Assembly (NCBI GenBank): GCA_026397045.1
Contig: JAPLVO010000009.1
Coordinates: forward strand, 1,548-65,547
DNA from: Patescibacteria group bacterium
GTDB taxonomy: Bacteria > Patescibacteriota > Saccharimonadia > CAILAD01 > BJGX01
DNA length: 64,000 bases
Direction: 5' to 3'
Both the position numbers and the translations under genes were made by a program. Position 1 is the first letter of the stretch; every line of letters starts with the position of its first letter. The notes under the pieces were generated by a model that saw only the letters and a program-made list of their open reading frames with translations, was not told where the DNA came from and did no database searches. This document shows, piece by piece, positions 1 through 9,303 of this stretch.

Positions 1-619
1 TATTGATTCTGTTGGGATGAATTGGCAGTCATACAATGCTGTACTTAAAGCAGATTACAATGTTGTAGTTGAACCTAATGATATCCATAAATATGTAGGC
101 CGCACTCTTAAAGATCAGCTGGCAATGTTAAATGCGGACTATAAAATCAATATTGATGGAGATTCTTTTACAGCAAAAACTAATGAAATAAAAAAAGAAT
201 TGCTTAAATCATTACAACCTATGCCAGGTGTAAAAGTACTCTTAGACGATTTAAGAAAGAATAATGTTCCTATGGCTGTCGGCACAAGTGCACCGCTTGA
301 AGTAACAGAGGATAAACTAAGAACCACTGGACTACTGGAATATTTTGATGTAATAGTAACCTCAGACCATGTAAGCAAGCACAAGCCAGAGCCAGATGTC
401 TATTTGGAGTGCGCCAAGCAGCTAGGTATTGAGCCTAAGTATTGCGTCGTTATCGAAGATGCGCCTGCAGGTATTGAATCTGCCCACGCAGCAAATATGA
501 AGTGTCTGGCAATCATAACGCCTTATGTTGATCTGGAGCAGTTGCGCATTGCAGACCTGACAGTGGAGTCGCTGGAAACAGTAAATTCAGAAAATTTAGC
601 TGCCTTAGTTAGATCTTAG
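1..619 (+). CDS. HAD-superfamily hydrolase (beta-phosphoglucomutase-like), 5' partial; the frame is open from position 2 and the N-terminal DxDG motif lies upstream of the window
   Basis: C-terminal HAD motifs (VVIEDAPAGIESAHAANMKCLAI, SDHVSKHKPEPDVY). The in-frame upstream codons read ...IDSVG, continuing HAD motif I. Confidence 0.7.
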   Translation, partial: IDSVGMNWQSYNAVLKADYNVVVEPNDIHKYVGRTLKDQLAMLNADYKINIDGDSFTAKTNEIKKELLKSLQPMPGVKVLLDDLRKNNVPMAVGTSAPLEVTEDKLRTTGLLEYFDVIVTSDHVSKHKPEPDVYLECAKQLGIEPKYCVVIEDAPAGIESAHAANMKCLAIITPYVDLEQLRIADLTVESLETVNSENLAALVRS

Positions 620-741
620 TTACGCTATATGATTTAAGGCAATCTATCCTCTGCCACTAGGCCTTACCAGTATGCGCCTGACAAATACTAATTCATATAT
701 GTCATGCCGCGGCCTGTGCTGATACGCCAAAGATAAATTAA

Positions 742-749
742 TGTATAAT
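742..749 (+). promoter_or_regulatory. Extended -10 element TGTATAAT immediately upstream of the histidine-kinase ATG codons; possibly a leaderless transcript starting at the ATG at 757
   Basis: TGnTATAAT match at 742-749; ATG codons at 751 and 757. Confidence 0.35.
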
Positions 750-750
750 A

Positions 751-2439
751 ATGCTTATGAATGAAAAAACCTCCCAGCAGACCGGCCTAATTAGTGAAGA
801 TAGAATACTACAGGCAAAAATAACCTCACCTCTTGTTATAATTGCTAGTCTTCTTATGCTAGTAAGCTACTATTACGGCTTCGCTTACTCGAAAAGTCCC
901 CTGCTGGTAATATCGACTTCAATTGTACTAATTATTTTTGCACTGACAAACTACATTCCCCAATTAAAATTCTCCAAAAACCATCTACCATACCTCATAA
1001 TCTACCATCTTGCACTTGCGTTTGTGATGATTTTTATTATGCCAACAGTTGGATACTTTTTAGTACTGTGGGTACTACTTGGCTATCTTTCCTATTACTA
1101 TTACCAGCTCAAAGGCCTCATTGTCAGCTTGCTATTTCTAGCGATTACCCTTGCTCTTGGAATGTTCATCCAGGGCAATGTTAATTTGCAAAACATAGTT
1201 ATTTATATGCAGTGGCTTGTCCTCATAGGCGGCGTATCTCTAATTCTGAGCCGAATAATACTTGGGACCAAAGAAGTACGCAATGATTTGGCTCAAAAAA
1301 CCACTCGTGCAGAATATGGGCACCAGAGGCTATTGGCACTAATAAATAGCATGACAGAAGCTGTGCTGTCGGTTGATCATAAGGGCGAAATTAACACCTA
1401 TAACTCTGCTGCACTTGAATTACTCGACACCAACTCAGATATCACTGGTAGGAATATTTCTGATATTTTGAAGCTGAGTGACCCAGACCACGCCGATATA
1501 GACATACTTGATGTCGCCAACACCGTAAAATACATTCTTAAAAAATCAGATCTTTATTTAGAGCTTGGCTCGAAAAACAGAATTGCCCTAGAGATAAGCA
1601 TCAGTAGAAGTTCTCAAAATACTCATGGCTCTGATAAAAATGGCTACATTTTTATAATTCGTGACATAACCCGGCAAAAAAAGATTGATGAAGAAAAAGA
1701 TGATTTTATTTCAGTCGTGAGTCACGAGCTAAGAACTCCATTAGCAGTGGCCGAAGCCAACACGGCCATGGCCCAGCTAGCTGCTAAAAAGCCAACTCTT
1801 AAACCACAGCAAATATTAGAATCCCTGGATAAAGCTCATCGCCAAATTATGTTTCTATCAGAAATGGTAAATGATCTATCGACCCTATCTAAGGCCGATA
1901 GAAAAGATGAAGAAATGGCTATTGAGACATTTAGTATTGCAGATGTATTATCTGAACTAGAGCTAGCCTACAAGCCTTTGGCAGAAAAAAAGAAGCTAGG
2001 CTACACTACTAAAGTCGAAGACGGGCTGCCGAATATAACAACCTCAAGACTATATATTAAAGAAATACTCCAAAACCTCATCAGTAACGCCATAAAATAC
2101 ACTGAGACTGGATCAATAAATATTGCAGTCAAAAAAAATACTGATAAAAAAATAAGTATTGCCGTAAAAGACACAGGTCTTGGCATTTCTCTTGCCGACC
2201 AAGAAAATGTATTTGATAAGTTCTGGCGCTCAGAAGATGTCTTGACCCGTAGTACAGGAGGAACTGGTTTAGGGCTCTATATTGCGAGCCGTCTTGCAAA
2301 AAGAATAAATTCCCAGATAGAGCTCACCAGCAAAACAGGTTCTGGCTCAACATTCCAGTTAATTCTTGCTCCAGTGGCCAGCCAGGAAGTTGATACCTCT
2401 ACTGTAGTAACTAACGAAGTAGACAACCTACTGTCGTAA
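751..2439 (+). CDS. Sensor histidine kinase with a multi-TM N-terminal domain, a PAS-like region, HisKA and HATPase_c domains. The start may be the ATG at 757. No response regulator is adjacent.
   Basis: H-box SHELRTPL, N-box QNLISNAIKYT, G-boxes DTGLGIS and GGTGLGLYIA; about 5 hydrophobic helices at the N-terminus. Confidence 0.85.
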   Translation: MLMNEKTSQQTGLISEDRILQAKITSPLVIIASLLMLVSYYYGFAYSKSPLLVISTSIVLIIFALTNYIPQLKFSKNHLPYLIIYHLALAFVMIFIMPTVGYFLVLWVLLGYLSYYYYQLKGLIVSLLFLAITLALGMFIQGNVNLQNIVIYMQWLVLIGGVSLILSRIILGTKEVRNDLAQKTTRAEYGHQRLLALINSMTEAVLSVDHKGEINTYNSAALELLDTNSDITGRNISDILKLSDPDHADIDILDVANTVKYILKKSDLYLELGSKNRIALEISISRSSQNTHGSDKNGYIFIIRDITRQKKIDEEKDDFISVVSHELRTPLAVAEANTAMAQLAAKKPTLKPQQILESLDKAHRQIMFLSEMVNDLSTLSKADRKDEEMAIETFSIADVLSELELAYKPLAEKKKLGYTTKVEDGLPNITTSRLYIKEILQNLISNAIKYTETGSINIAVKKNTDKKISIAVKDTGLGISLADQENVFDKFWRSEDVLTRSTGGTGLGLYIASRLAKRINSQIELTSKTGSGSTFQLILAPVASQEVDTSTVVTNEVDNLLS

Positions 2440-2502
2440 TTACGAAACTTTAATACCATAAATAACAGCCCTACCCTACTATTTAGCTGCTGTAATTACC
2501 TT

Positions 2503-3213
2503 CTAGGTTTTTTTACTAAAGGCCAAAGGGGCCAATATAATAAATAGGCTCGCCACTACCAAGCTAAAGGCTATAAACATCGCTCTAGGAATCGCCACGG
2601 TGGGCTGAGCTAGAAACGGCTGAACTACATAGATACCACCAACCAAAAAAAGTACTGCCGAAATAGATGCCAACCGTACTTTCTGACTATTACTTTTAAC
2701 GCTACCAATTCTACTTAAAAATGCTATGGCTACTAGTATAAAGCTTAGGTACTGTAGTGCGGTGGCTGCCTGGTAGCCAAAGCTAAATTGATAGATAAGG
2801 CTCCAAGACCCAGTAGTAGACTGAGCCAGAGTCACTGGGTAGGCTAGGTTTTCGGTGATAGAAAAGTATGTACCAAGGCCGATAAACAGCAGGTCTATGG
2901 CAATCACGACAAAGCCTAGAGCCTTATTTTTTGGCAAGATCAGCCTTACGACTGCAAGCCACATAAAAAACAAAGCAACGAATTGTAAGATATCTGCCAA
3001 TATAGTCGAGTAAGTCAGCAGCGTAGAATTATCAGAGATTAGGGGTGGGAATCCGTAGGCTATAAAGCAGAGGCTAAAAAAAACTCCTACCATACCAAAG
3101 TACAGATCAAGGGTGCTTTTATTTTTTTTATATAAATATATACCCCTCACCGCAATAAATAACATAAGCGGTAGGCCTAGGTACCAGTGAATGCCGTTGG
3201 TAGGAATATGCAT
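2503..3213 (-). CDS. Polytopic membrane protein (about 7 TM), uncharacterized
   Basis: Long ORF with repeated hydrophobic helices; no recognisable catalytic motif. Confidence 0.5.
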   Translation of the reverse strand: MHIPTNGIHWYLGLPLMLFIAVRGIYLYKKNKSTLDLYFGMVGVFFSLCFIAYGFPPLISDNSTLLTYSTILADILQFVALFFMWLAVVRLILPKNKALGFVVIAIDLLFIGLGTYFSITENLAYPVTLAQSTTGSWSLIYQFSFGYQAATALQYLSFILVAIAFLSRIGSVKSNSQKVRLASISAVLFLVGGIYVVQPFLAQPTVAIPRAMFIAFSLVVASLFIILAPLAFSKKT

Positions 3214-3278
3214 TTGATATTATTATACCAATATTTTTGTGTATTCACTATTACCGCTTGTGCTATATTGGTAATATG

Positions 3279-4118
3279 AACAAAAATAAGCAAGCTAAAT
3301 CATCAATTAATCAAAAAGATAAATACAGTACTCTTAGGTGGTTGATACTCGGCTTAGTTTTAGTCGCTGAATTTATAACCATCAAGAATGGCCTAATAGC
3401 ATTGGTAGTCTATATTTTGCCCACTATTTTTATTTTTATGCACGGTAGTAGATTTCTAGGTCGAAAAAATATTATTATATTCTTTGTAACGATATTTATA
3501 ATTAGTTACATAACTGAATATCTTGGCGTAAGTACCGGTAAGATATTCGGTGACTACTACTATAATTTACTTAACAATGGCCCTTTGGTGGGTGGAGTTC
3601 CGCCTCTTTTAATGCTTACATATTTTGCTATTACCTACTCTACCTATTGGGTGATTCGTATATTGCTCGGTGACTTTGGGGTGATTAAGGGCGTTAGAAT
3701 TATATGGCTCAGTCTGCTTGGTGGCCTAATAGCCACACTGACAGACCTTGCGGCAGACCCAGTTAATTCAACTGTAAACCAAGTATATATATGGACAAGA
3801 GGCGGCATATTTTTTGGCGTCCCCTACCTTAATTTTCTAGGCTGGCTGGCAGAAATAAGTATATTTTTTGTAATAATATCTTGTATCTTTGCCTACCTAA
3901 CTAAATCTCCAAAGCTAAAACGCAGCCCCAGCAAGAACTTTCAGCTTCAAGCAGTTACGCTGTTTGCTTTGCCTGCCATACCAATTATACTAAGACCCCT
4001 ATGGGGCGAACAACCTGCCGATATTCGAGCTGCCATGTCGCTAATAGCACTCTTTGGGCTAGGTAGTATCATACTTGTTACAACAGCAAAAATTTACTGG
4101 GGTACAAAAAAAGCCTAA
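3279..4118 (+). CDS. Polytopic membrane protein, uncharacterized. The start is chosen at MNKNKQ; the ORF track begins at 3237.
   Basis: Multiple TM helices; G-rich motifs GGIFFGVPYLNFLGW and GKIFGDYYY. TGcTATATT -10-like element at 3261-3269 just upstream of the 3279 ATG. Confidence 0.5.
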   Translation, partial: NKNKQAKSSINQKDKYSTLRWLILGLVLVAEFITIKNGLIALVVYILPTIFIFMHGSRFLGRKNIIIFFVTIFIISYITEYLGVSTGKIFGDYYYNLLNNGPLVGGVPPLLMLTYFAITYSTYWVIRILLGDFGVIKGVRIIWLSLLGGLIATLTDLAADPVNSTVNQVYIWTRGGIFFGVPYLNFLGWLAEISIFFVIISCIFAYLTKSPKLKRSPSKNFQLQAVTLFALPAIPIILRPLWGEQPADIRAAMSLIALFGLGSIILVTTAKIYWGTKKA

Positions 4119-4124
4119 TGAGGC

Positions 4125-4325
4125 TTATTTGTCGGGGATAATAACTGAAGCAATAATAAAGTAGATTATAAATCCGGGGATAATACCCGACATCACGATA
4201 ACAATAAGTACGATTATCCTAAGTAAAGACTTGTCTAGGCTGAAATACTCGGCTATACCGCCTACTAAACCGAGTAGTTTTTTATCTTTTGATAATTTTA
4301 GATGTTTGTTTTGGGGTTTTTTCAT
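4125..4325 (-). CDS. PspC-domain small membrane protein. The start is at MKKPQNK; the longer ORF upstream overlaps the tRNA.
   Basis: Motif LGLVGGIAEYFSLDKSLLRIIVLIVIV matches the PspC N-terminal domain consensus (GVCGGLAEYFGIDPTLVR); one TM helix. Confidence 0.7.
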   Translation of the reverse strand: MKKPQNKHLKLSKDKKLLGLVGGIAEYFSLDKSLLRIIVLIVIVMSGIIPGFIIYFIIASVIIPDK

Positions 4326-4331
4326 AATTAC

Positions 4332-4407
4332 TGGAGCCGACGGTGGGACTCGAACCCGCAACCTGCTGTTTACAAAACAGCTGCTCTGCCAATTGAGCTA
4401 CGTCGGC
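4332..4407 (-). tRNA. tRNA-Thr (anticodon TGT), 76 nt with encoded CCA
   Basis: Manual cloverleaf: acceptor GCCGACG/CGTCGGC; anticodon loop TTTGTAA; T-loop TTCGAGT with one C-A mismatch in the T-stem. Confidence 0.8.
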
Positions 4408-4408
4408 A

Positions 4409-4494
4409 TGGTGCCGGGTGAGGGATTCGAACCCCCGAAGGCATAAGCCAGCTGATTTACAGTCAGCCCCCGTTGACCGCTTGGGTAACCCGGC
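4409..4494 (-). tRNA. tRNA-Tyr (anticodon GTA), type II with long variable arm, 86 nt with CCA
   Basis: Acceptor GCCGGGT/ACCCGGC; anticodon loop CTGTAAA; variable arm TGGCTTATGCCTTC; T-loop TTCGAAT. Confidence 0.85.
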
Positions 4495-4503
4495 ATATTT
4501 ATA

Positions 4504-4578
<75 letters not shown>

Positions 4579-4626
4579 TTATTTTTACTCTTTTACAGAT
4601 ATAAAAACAGATTATAGTCTAACAGC

Positions 4627-5316
4627 TTACTGGAGTTTCTTCAAGGCTGGGTTAGTACTTATTGCTTGTTTTGCCCTAATGTTATTTGGCTCCAGGCTTA
4701 ATATGCCCTTAAACATCTGGTCGGCGAGCTTAGGCTTATTTTCATGAATATAACCCTCGGCGAGTAATAGCATGATAGGTATACTATCGGCCTCTATCTC
4801 TAATGCCCGCTCTAGTGTTTTAATCTGCTTATCATATACCCCTAGCACCCTATAGGTCCTAGCCAGTGCTACTAGCCTGGCCGGGGTCTCTTCCATGGAT
4901 ATCGATTTTTCTAGAGCTCGCGCTGAACGCTTGAAGCGTCTGCTCTTGAAAAGCATCATCGAGAGATTATAGTAGCTAGCTGAGTTAGGATAATTATCGG
5001 CAACTATTTGGAAGCACTCGATAGCATCTTCGACCTGGCCAAAGTGCGAATATATAAAGCCTAGTCGGCTGTAAGCTAGACTGTTTTTATGATCTACCTT
5101 TAAAACCTTCAGATAGGCCTTCTCAGCTGCTAAAAAGTTTTTTTCTGCATAGAACCTACCGGCTATCTCTAGCAAGCTCTCGAGCCTCGTATCGTGGCTA
5201 ACTGGGAGTATAGCAAGACTATCCACCGCAGAATCTATTAGGCGAATACGGTACTTACTTAATAGCAAGAAAGTGAGTATAAATAGTAATATGAAAATTA
5301 ATACTTCAAAAATCAT
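4627..5316 (-). CDS. TPR-repeat protein with an N-terminal TM anchor
   Basis: N-terminal hydrophobic helix followed by repeated TPR-like A/Y/L patterns (AEKAYLKVLKVDHKNSLAYSRLGFIY...). Confidence 0.6.
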   Translation of the reverse strand: MIFEVLIFILLFILTFLLLSKYRIRLIDSAVDSLAILPVSHDTRLESLLEIAGRFYAEKNFLAAEKAYLKVLKVDHKNSLAYSRLGFIYSHFGQVEDAIECFQIVADNYPNSASYYNLSMMLFKSRRFKRSARALEKSISMEETPARLVALARTYRVLGVYDKQIKTLERALEIEADSIPIMLLLAEGYIHENKPKLADQMFKGILSLEPNNIRAKQAISTNPALKKLQ

Positions 5317-6137
5317 TCAAACTCCATTGCCAAAGATTCTATAATAAACTTTGGGTTGCCATTATTGTACAGATGAGACTGTGCAAAAATCAAGCTATTA
5401 GATTGTTTTAGCCAAGCTGGGGATGGGCTGGATCTGTATAATTTGAGCGCAATAGCAGAAACCAGCGACCGCAAATCGGCCTTACCTTCTAGGCTAGCCG
5501 CTATAATTAGCCGGCCAACGGTATCAGTACTAATAAATTTATCGGCAATCTCGCTAATACTAGCTATAGACTTGTAGCCATCTTGACTAGCCGCTATTAG
5601 CTTGGCCGGGAACGGGCCAATAGCTTCAGCGGCCCAGATTGGTACCTCTAATGAGCTAAGAAGTGGTTCTATCTCTTTTGCGATCGGTGGGTAAAAAGAT
5701 ATTTTCTGTAGCCTAGAGAGAATTGTGCTAGGCAGGGCATCGGCCGAATCAGAGACAAAAATTATCAGGGTGGCAGCGGGTGGCTCTTCTACTAATAGAA
5801 GTAGCGAATTAGCAGCTTCTGGAGATAATAGCTCGGCATGATCTATGATCAATACTCGGTAATTAACATGCTCAGGCTTTGATTTATTTATAAAGTCACT
5901 AGCTGGCCTTACTTGATCGATAGATATTTTCTTATCATCAATCGGGGAGATCGTCATTATCCAACGAGCTAAGTCGCCTTGCGAGACATCTGGCCCTATT
6001 TTTTTTACAGCAAAATACTTTGCTGAAGATGTCTTGCCAAGGCCAGCAGGGCCGAGAAATAGGTAGCCATGCTTGGTGTCTAGCTCAGCCATGTCTAACT
6101 GTCTTGCTGTAGACTTGTTGAGTACCATGGCTGGCAT
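5313..6137 (-). CDS. holB: DNA polymerase III delta' subunit
   Basis: AAA+ Walker A GPAGLGKTS; VLIIDHAELL; SRLQKISFYPP sensor motif. Overlaps the TPR gene by 4 nt. Confidence 0.75.
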   Translation of the reverse strand: MPAMVLNKSTARQLDMAELDTKHGYLFLGPAGLGKTSSAKYFAVKKIGPDVSQGDLARWIMTISPIDDKKISIDQVRPASDFINKSKPEHVNYRVLIIDHAELLSPEAANSLLLLVEEPPAATLIIFVSDSADALPSTILSRLQKISFYPPIAKEIEPLLSSLEVPIWAAEAIGPFPAKLIAASQDGYKSIASISEIADKFISTDTVGRLIIAASLEGKADLRSLVSAIALKLYRSSPSPAWLKQSNSLIFAQSHLYNNGNPKFIIESLAMEFE

Positions 6138-6829
6138 TACAGGCCCTCGAGAAAGTTACTGAGATCACTGGGCATATCTGCAATAAAAGATGTCTTGGTG
6201 TCTTGGCCTGGGATAATTAGGCTGAGTTTCTGAGCATGCAAAAATTGCCTGGTTAGGCCAGCGGGCATGGACTTGCCTCCATAGAGCTTATCCCCTACCA
6301 CAGAATGTCCCAAATGTGCTAGTTGGACTCTAATTTGATGGGTTCTGCCGGTGTGAATATCAAACTCCACATAGCTATACAGTGGGTACTCGCTAACTAC
6401 TCGGTATTCAGAAATTGACATCTTACCTGTCGGATGTACGGCCATTATATTTGGCGATTTAGTAGATCTGCGGATTGGTAATTCTATTCTTGCACGAGGA
6501 TGCTTGAGATGCCCCCATACTAAGCACATATACTGCTTGTCTACTTTTCGATTAGCAAATTGAGATTGTAAAAATTCTAGCGTATCAGCATCCTTGGCCA
6601 TAATTACTACGCCGGAGGTATCCTTATCTAACCTATGAACTATACCTCCCCTGAGTTCATCATTGTTAGCCAGCTTAGCCGAAAATATCTTCTGAACAGA
6701 ATTGCTCTGATCTAAAGCGTTCTTGGGGTGCATAGTTAAGCCAGCCGGTTTATTGATGACTATAACTTTGTCATCTTCGTATATAATCTCTATATCCCCT
6801 ATACGGGGAGAGTTGTTTTTATTCTGCAT
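6137..6829 (-). CDS. RluA-family pseudouridine synthase (no S4 domain)
   Basis: Catalytic motif HRLDKDTSGVVIMAKD; GRTHQIRVQLAHLGHSVVGDKLYG. Confidence 0.8.
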   Translation of the reverse strand: MQNKNNSPRIGDIEIIYEDDKVIVINKPAGLTMHPKNALDQSNSVQKIFSAKLANNDELRGGIVHRLDKDTSGVVIMAKDADTLEFLQSQFANRKVDKQYMCLVWGHLKHPRARIELPIRRSTKSPNIMAVHPTGKMSISEYRVVSEYPLYSYVEFDIHTGRTHQIRVQLAHLGHSVVGDKLYGGKSMPAGLTRQFLHAQKLSLIIPGQDTKTSFIADMPSDLSNFLEGL

Positions 6830-6836
6830 GTAGCTA

Positions 6837-7814
6837 TTATACGATCTTTTTCAGAGAATGTAGCTGATTTTGGGTTCCCATTACGACCAATTTATCACCT
6901 GGGTAGAGAACCTCTCTTCCAGTAGGGTGAACTTGGCTAGAACCATTGGCACCGTTGAGCGCTAGTACACTAATCCCCTCGGCGTGCTTTATGATATTTT
7001 CAAGCCGGTGCCCATTTGCTCCCGAGCTAGGCGGGATTGTTATCTCCTGGACCTGTAGGTCAGCGCTTTTATTGGTAGAGAGGATGTCTAGGATATCTAC
7101 CACATGAGGCCTCATTAGCATTGTAGCCATGTGGAAACCGCCAATTTGGTTGGGCATTGCGACTCTATCTGCGCCAGCTCTGACTATTCTGGCGACATTT
7201 TCCCCACGATTAGCCCTAGCCACTATATATAAGCCGGGGTTGATCTGCCGAGCTGTTAATGAAACAAATAGGTTGCTGGAGTCATCGCCAAGCGAGGCCA
7301 CTACCCCAATAGCCCGATCTATCTTGGCCTTATACAGATCCTTTTCTTTAGTGGGGTCGCCAACGAAGGCAGTATAGCCAAGGGCTATGGCCTCTTTAAC
7401 TCGATCTTCATTTTTATCAATTGCTACAAAAGTTTGCTTTTCATTGGCCAGCTCTCTAGCTACCTGGCTACCCACTCTTCCTAGCCCACATACAATATAG
7501 TGATCTTTAATATTCATTAGTTTTGCCTTTACTTTACGGCGCTTTAATCCATCGCCTAGTCCTATAATATACTCGCCAAATAGCTTAAGCAAATATGCTA
7601 GTAACACCAAGCTGGCAAGAACCAATAATAAAACCGTTATTCTGGATGGCCATGAGTACATATCGAAGTTGTCATGATGAGTTAGGCTTACATATACTGA
7701 TCTGTAAATAGCCTCTTGAAGGGTTATACGCTCGAAATATGACAGGCCCAAAGAGGCTAGAATTATAAATAATAAAACTACTAGCACTAATACTACTATT
7801 TGTTTGCGCCTCAT
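6837..7814 (-). CDS. Potassium-channel-family protein with TM pore region and RCK/TrkA-N plus TrkA-C domains
   Basis: N-terminal TM helices; Rossmann motif IVCGLGRVGSQVARELA; C-terminal TrkA_C-like segment. Confidence 0.7.
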   Translation of the reverse strand: MRRKQIVVLVLVVLLFIILASLGLSYFERITLQEAIYRSVYVSLTHHDNFDMYSWPSRITVLLLVLASLVLLAYLLKLFGEYIIGLGDGLKRRKVKAKLMNIKDHYIVCGLGRVGSQVARELANEKQTFVAIDKNEDRVKEAIALGYTAFVGDPTKEKDLYKAKIDRAIGVVASLGDDSSNLFVSLTARQINPGLYIVARANRGENVARIVRAGADRVAMPNQIGGFHMATMLMRPHVVDILDILSTNKSADLQVQEITIPPSSGANGHRLENIIKHAEGISVLALNGANGSSQVHPTGREVLYPGDKLVVMGTQNQLHSLKKIV

Positions 7815-7880
7815 ATTACCATTATAAGACTTATGCTTTAATAAGTCATCGGCTTATTGAAGTAATTATTGCCTAAAGAA

Positions 7881-7909
7881 AAACACCCGCTATTCTTTGG
7901 CGGGTGTTT
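7881..7909 (-). terminator. Rho-independent terminator ending the ribosomal-protein transcription unit downstream of rpsI
   Basis: 10-bp perfect stem AAACACCCGC/GCGGGTGTTT with a 9-nt loop, followed on the minus strand by TTTTTCTTT. Confidence 0.65.
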
Positions 7910-7915
7910 ACGGTA

Positions 7916-8332
7916 CTACCTCTTACTAAATTGAGGTGCTTTACGAGCTTTACGCAGACCAGGCTTCTTTCGTTCCTTCTTGCGTGGATCTCTCGTCAGA
8001 AAACCACTTTTCTTGAGGCTAGTTCTGAAATCCTCACTAATCTCGATAAGTGCGCGAGCAACCCCGAGTCGTATAGCATCGGATTGGCCTCTTAAGCCCC
8101 CTCCGACGACCTTAACCTCAATATCGTGGTCCTTATCTTTCGATACCAGCACAAGCGGTGCGATTATGTTATGGATGAAGGTCTCGTTGTCGGAAAAATA
8201 CTGCTGTGCTGTTTTACCATTAATAGTAACTAAGCCCTTGCCCTTAAATACCTTAACAACTGCTACGGCCTGCTTTCGCCTACCAATAGCTCGGTAATAA
8301 TGCTTTTTAGTTGTACTAGTTTGTTCTGCCAT
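7916..8332 (-). CDS. rpsI: 30S ribosomal protein S9
   Basis: C-terminus GLRKARKAPQFSKR. Confidence 0.95.
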   Translation of the reverse strand: MAEQTSTTKKHYYRAIGRRKQAVAVVKVFKGKGLVTINGKTAQQYFSDNETFIHNIIAPLVLVSKDKDHDIEVKVVGGGLRGQSDAIRLGVARALIEISEDFRTSLKKSGFLTRDPRKKERKKPGLRKARKAPQFSKR

Positions 8333-8333
8333 G

Positions 8334-8768
8334 TTAGGCCTCCAACTTAATTAATTCGGGTTTCTGTGCTTCGTGATTATGGTCGCCAGACTTATACACC
8401 TTAAGATTTTTTAGCATCTGGGTACGAAGCTTGTTTTTAGGGAGCATTCCGGCTACTGAGTGCTCTATCACTCTGCTTGGGTGCTTTTCTAGCATTTCTT
8501 TAAGGCTAGTTTCGGTTAGCCCACCAGGAAAGCCGCTATGGCGATAGTAGAACTTGTCTGTGAGCTTATTCCCCGTGACCTTGATCTTGGCGCAATTAGT
8601 AATAATAACTATATCGCCTGTGATGATATTCGGGCTGTAGCTTGGCTTCAATTTGCCCATAAGCATTTCTGCCACCTTAGTGCTCAAACGACCCAGAGTA
8701 AGCCCTGTGGCATCGATTTGGTACCACTTTTGGTCTACATCGGCTGGTTTGGCTGAAAATGTTTTCAT
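8334..8768 (-). CDS. rplM: 50S ribosomal protein L13
   Basis: MKTFSAKPADVDQKWYQIDA...; conserved L13 layout; adjacent to rpsI. Confidence 0.95.
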   Translation of the reverse strand: MKTFSAKPADVDQKWYQIDATGLTLGRLSTKVAEMLMGKLKPSYSPNIITGDIVIITNCAKIKVTGNKLTDKFYYRHSGFPGGLTETSLKEMLEKHPSRVIEHSVAGMLPKNKLRTQMLKNLKVYKSGDHNHEAQKPELIKLEA

Positions 8769-9283
8769 TTGCTAGCTCCTTTTACTGCTGCTGGCTTAGC
8801 GCTAGGCTTAGCGCTAGGCTTAGGCTTAGGCTTAGGCTTAGGCTTAGTGTTACTCTTGGTTGTGACTGAACTGCTAGGTTTTTTCGGCTTTTCTAATACC
8901 TCTACTAATTTAGGGCTATAATCTTCATCTAGGATAAGCTCTATTACGGCCATGCTGGCGCCATCGCCTAGGCGCCTTCCTACCTTTACAACTCTAGTAT
9001 AGCCACTGTTTCTACCCTGGAACCCTTTAACTAAGTCAGTGTTGAGCTTCTCGCCTGCAACTGGGTTTATAGTGGTTCTAAGGATCTGGCGATAGTTGTG
9101 CAAGTCTTGCTTTTTGGCTTTTGTAACCAACTTATCAAAAAGTCTGGCTAGCTCTTTAGCTTTAATTTCGGTGGTCTCTAGCTTTTCGTATAATATTAGA
9201 GAGTCGATTAAGCCGCGCATTAACGCTCGCCGTGGGGCGGCTGCTCTTGAGTGCTTCTTTCCGATGTAACTATGTCGATGCAT
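8765..9283 (-). CDS. rplQ: 50S ribosomal protein L17 with a K/P-rich C-terminal tail
   Basis: L17 core (RRALMRGL..., GYTRVVKVGRRLGDGA) plus tail KPKPKPKPKPSAKPSAKP. Confidence 0.9.
   Translation of the reverse strand: MHRHSYIGKKHSRAAAPRRALMRGLIDSLILYEKLETTEIKAKELARLFDKLVTKAKKQDLHNYRQILRTTINPVAGEKLNTDLVKGFQGRNSGYTRVVKVGRRLGDGASMAVIELILDEDYSPKLVEVLEKPKKPSSSVTTKSNTKPKPKPKPKPSAKPSAKPAAVKGASK
8794..8847. repeat. Tandem repeat inside the rplQ 3' end: (GCTTAGCGCTAG)x2 then (GCTTAG)x5
   Basis: Read directly from the sequence; encodes the (KP)n/SAKP tail on the minus strand. Confidence 0.9.
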
Positions 9284-9303
9284 TATATTCCTTTAATTGC
9301 CCT

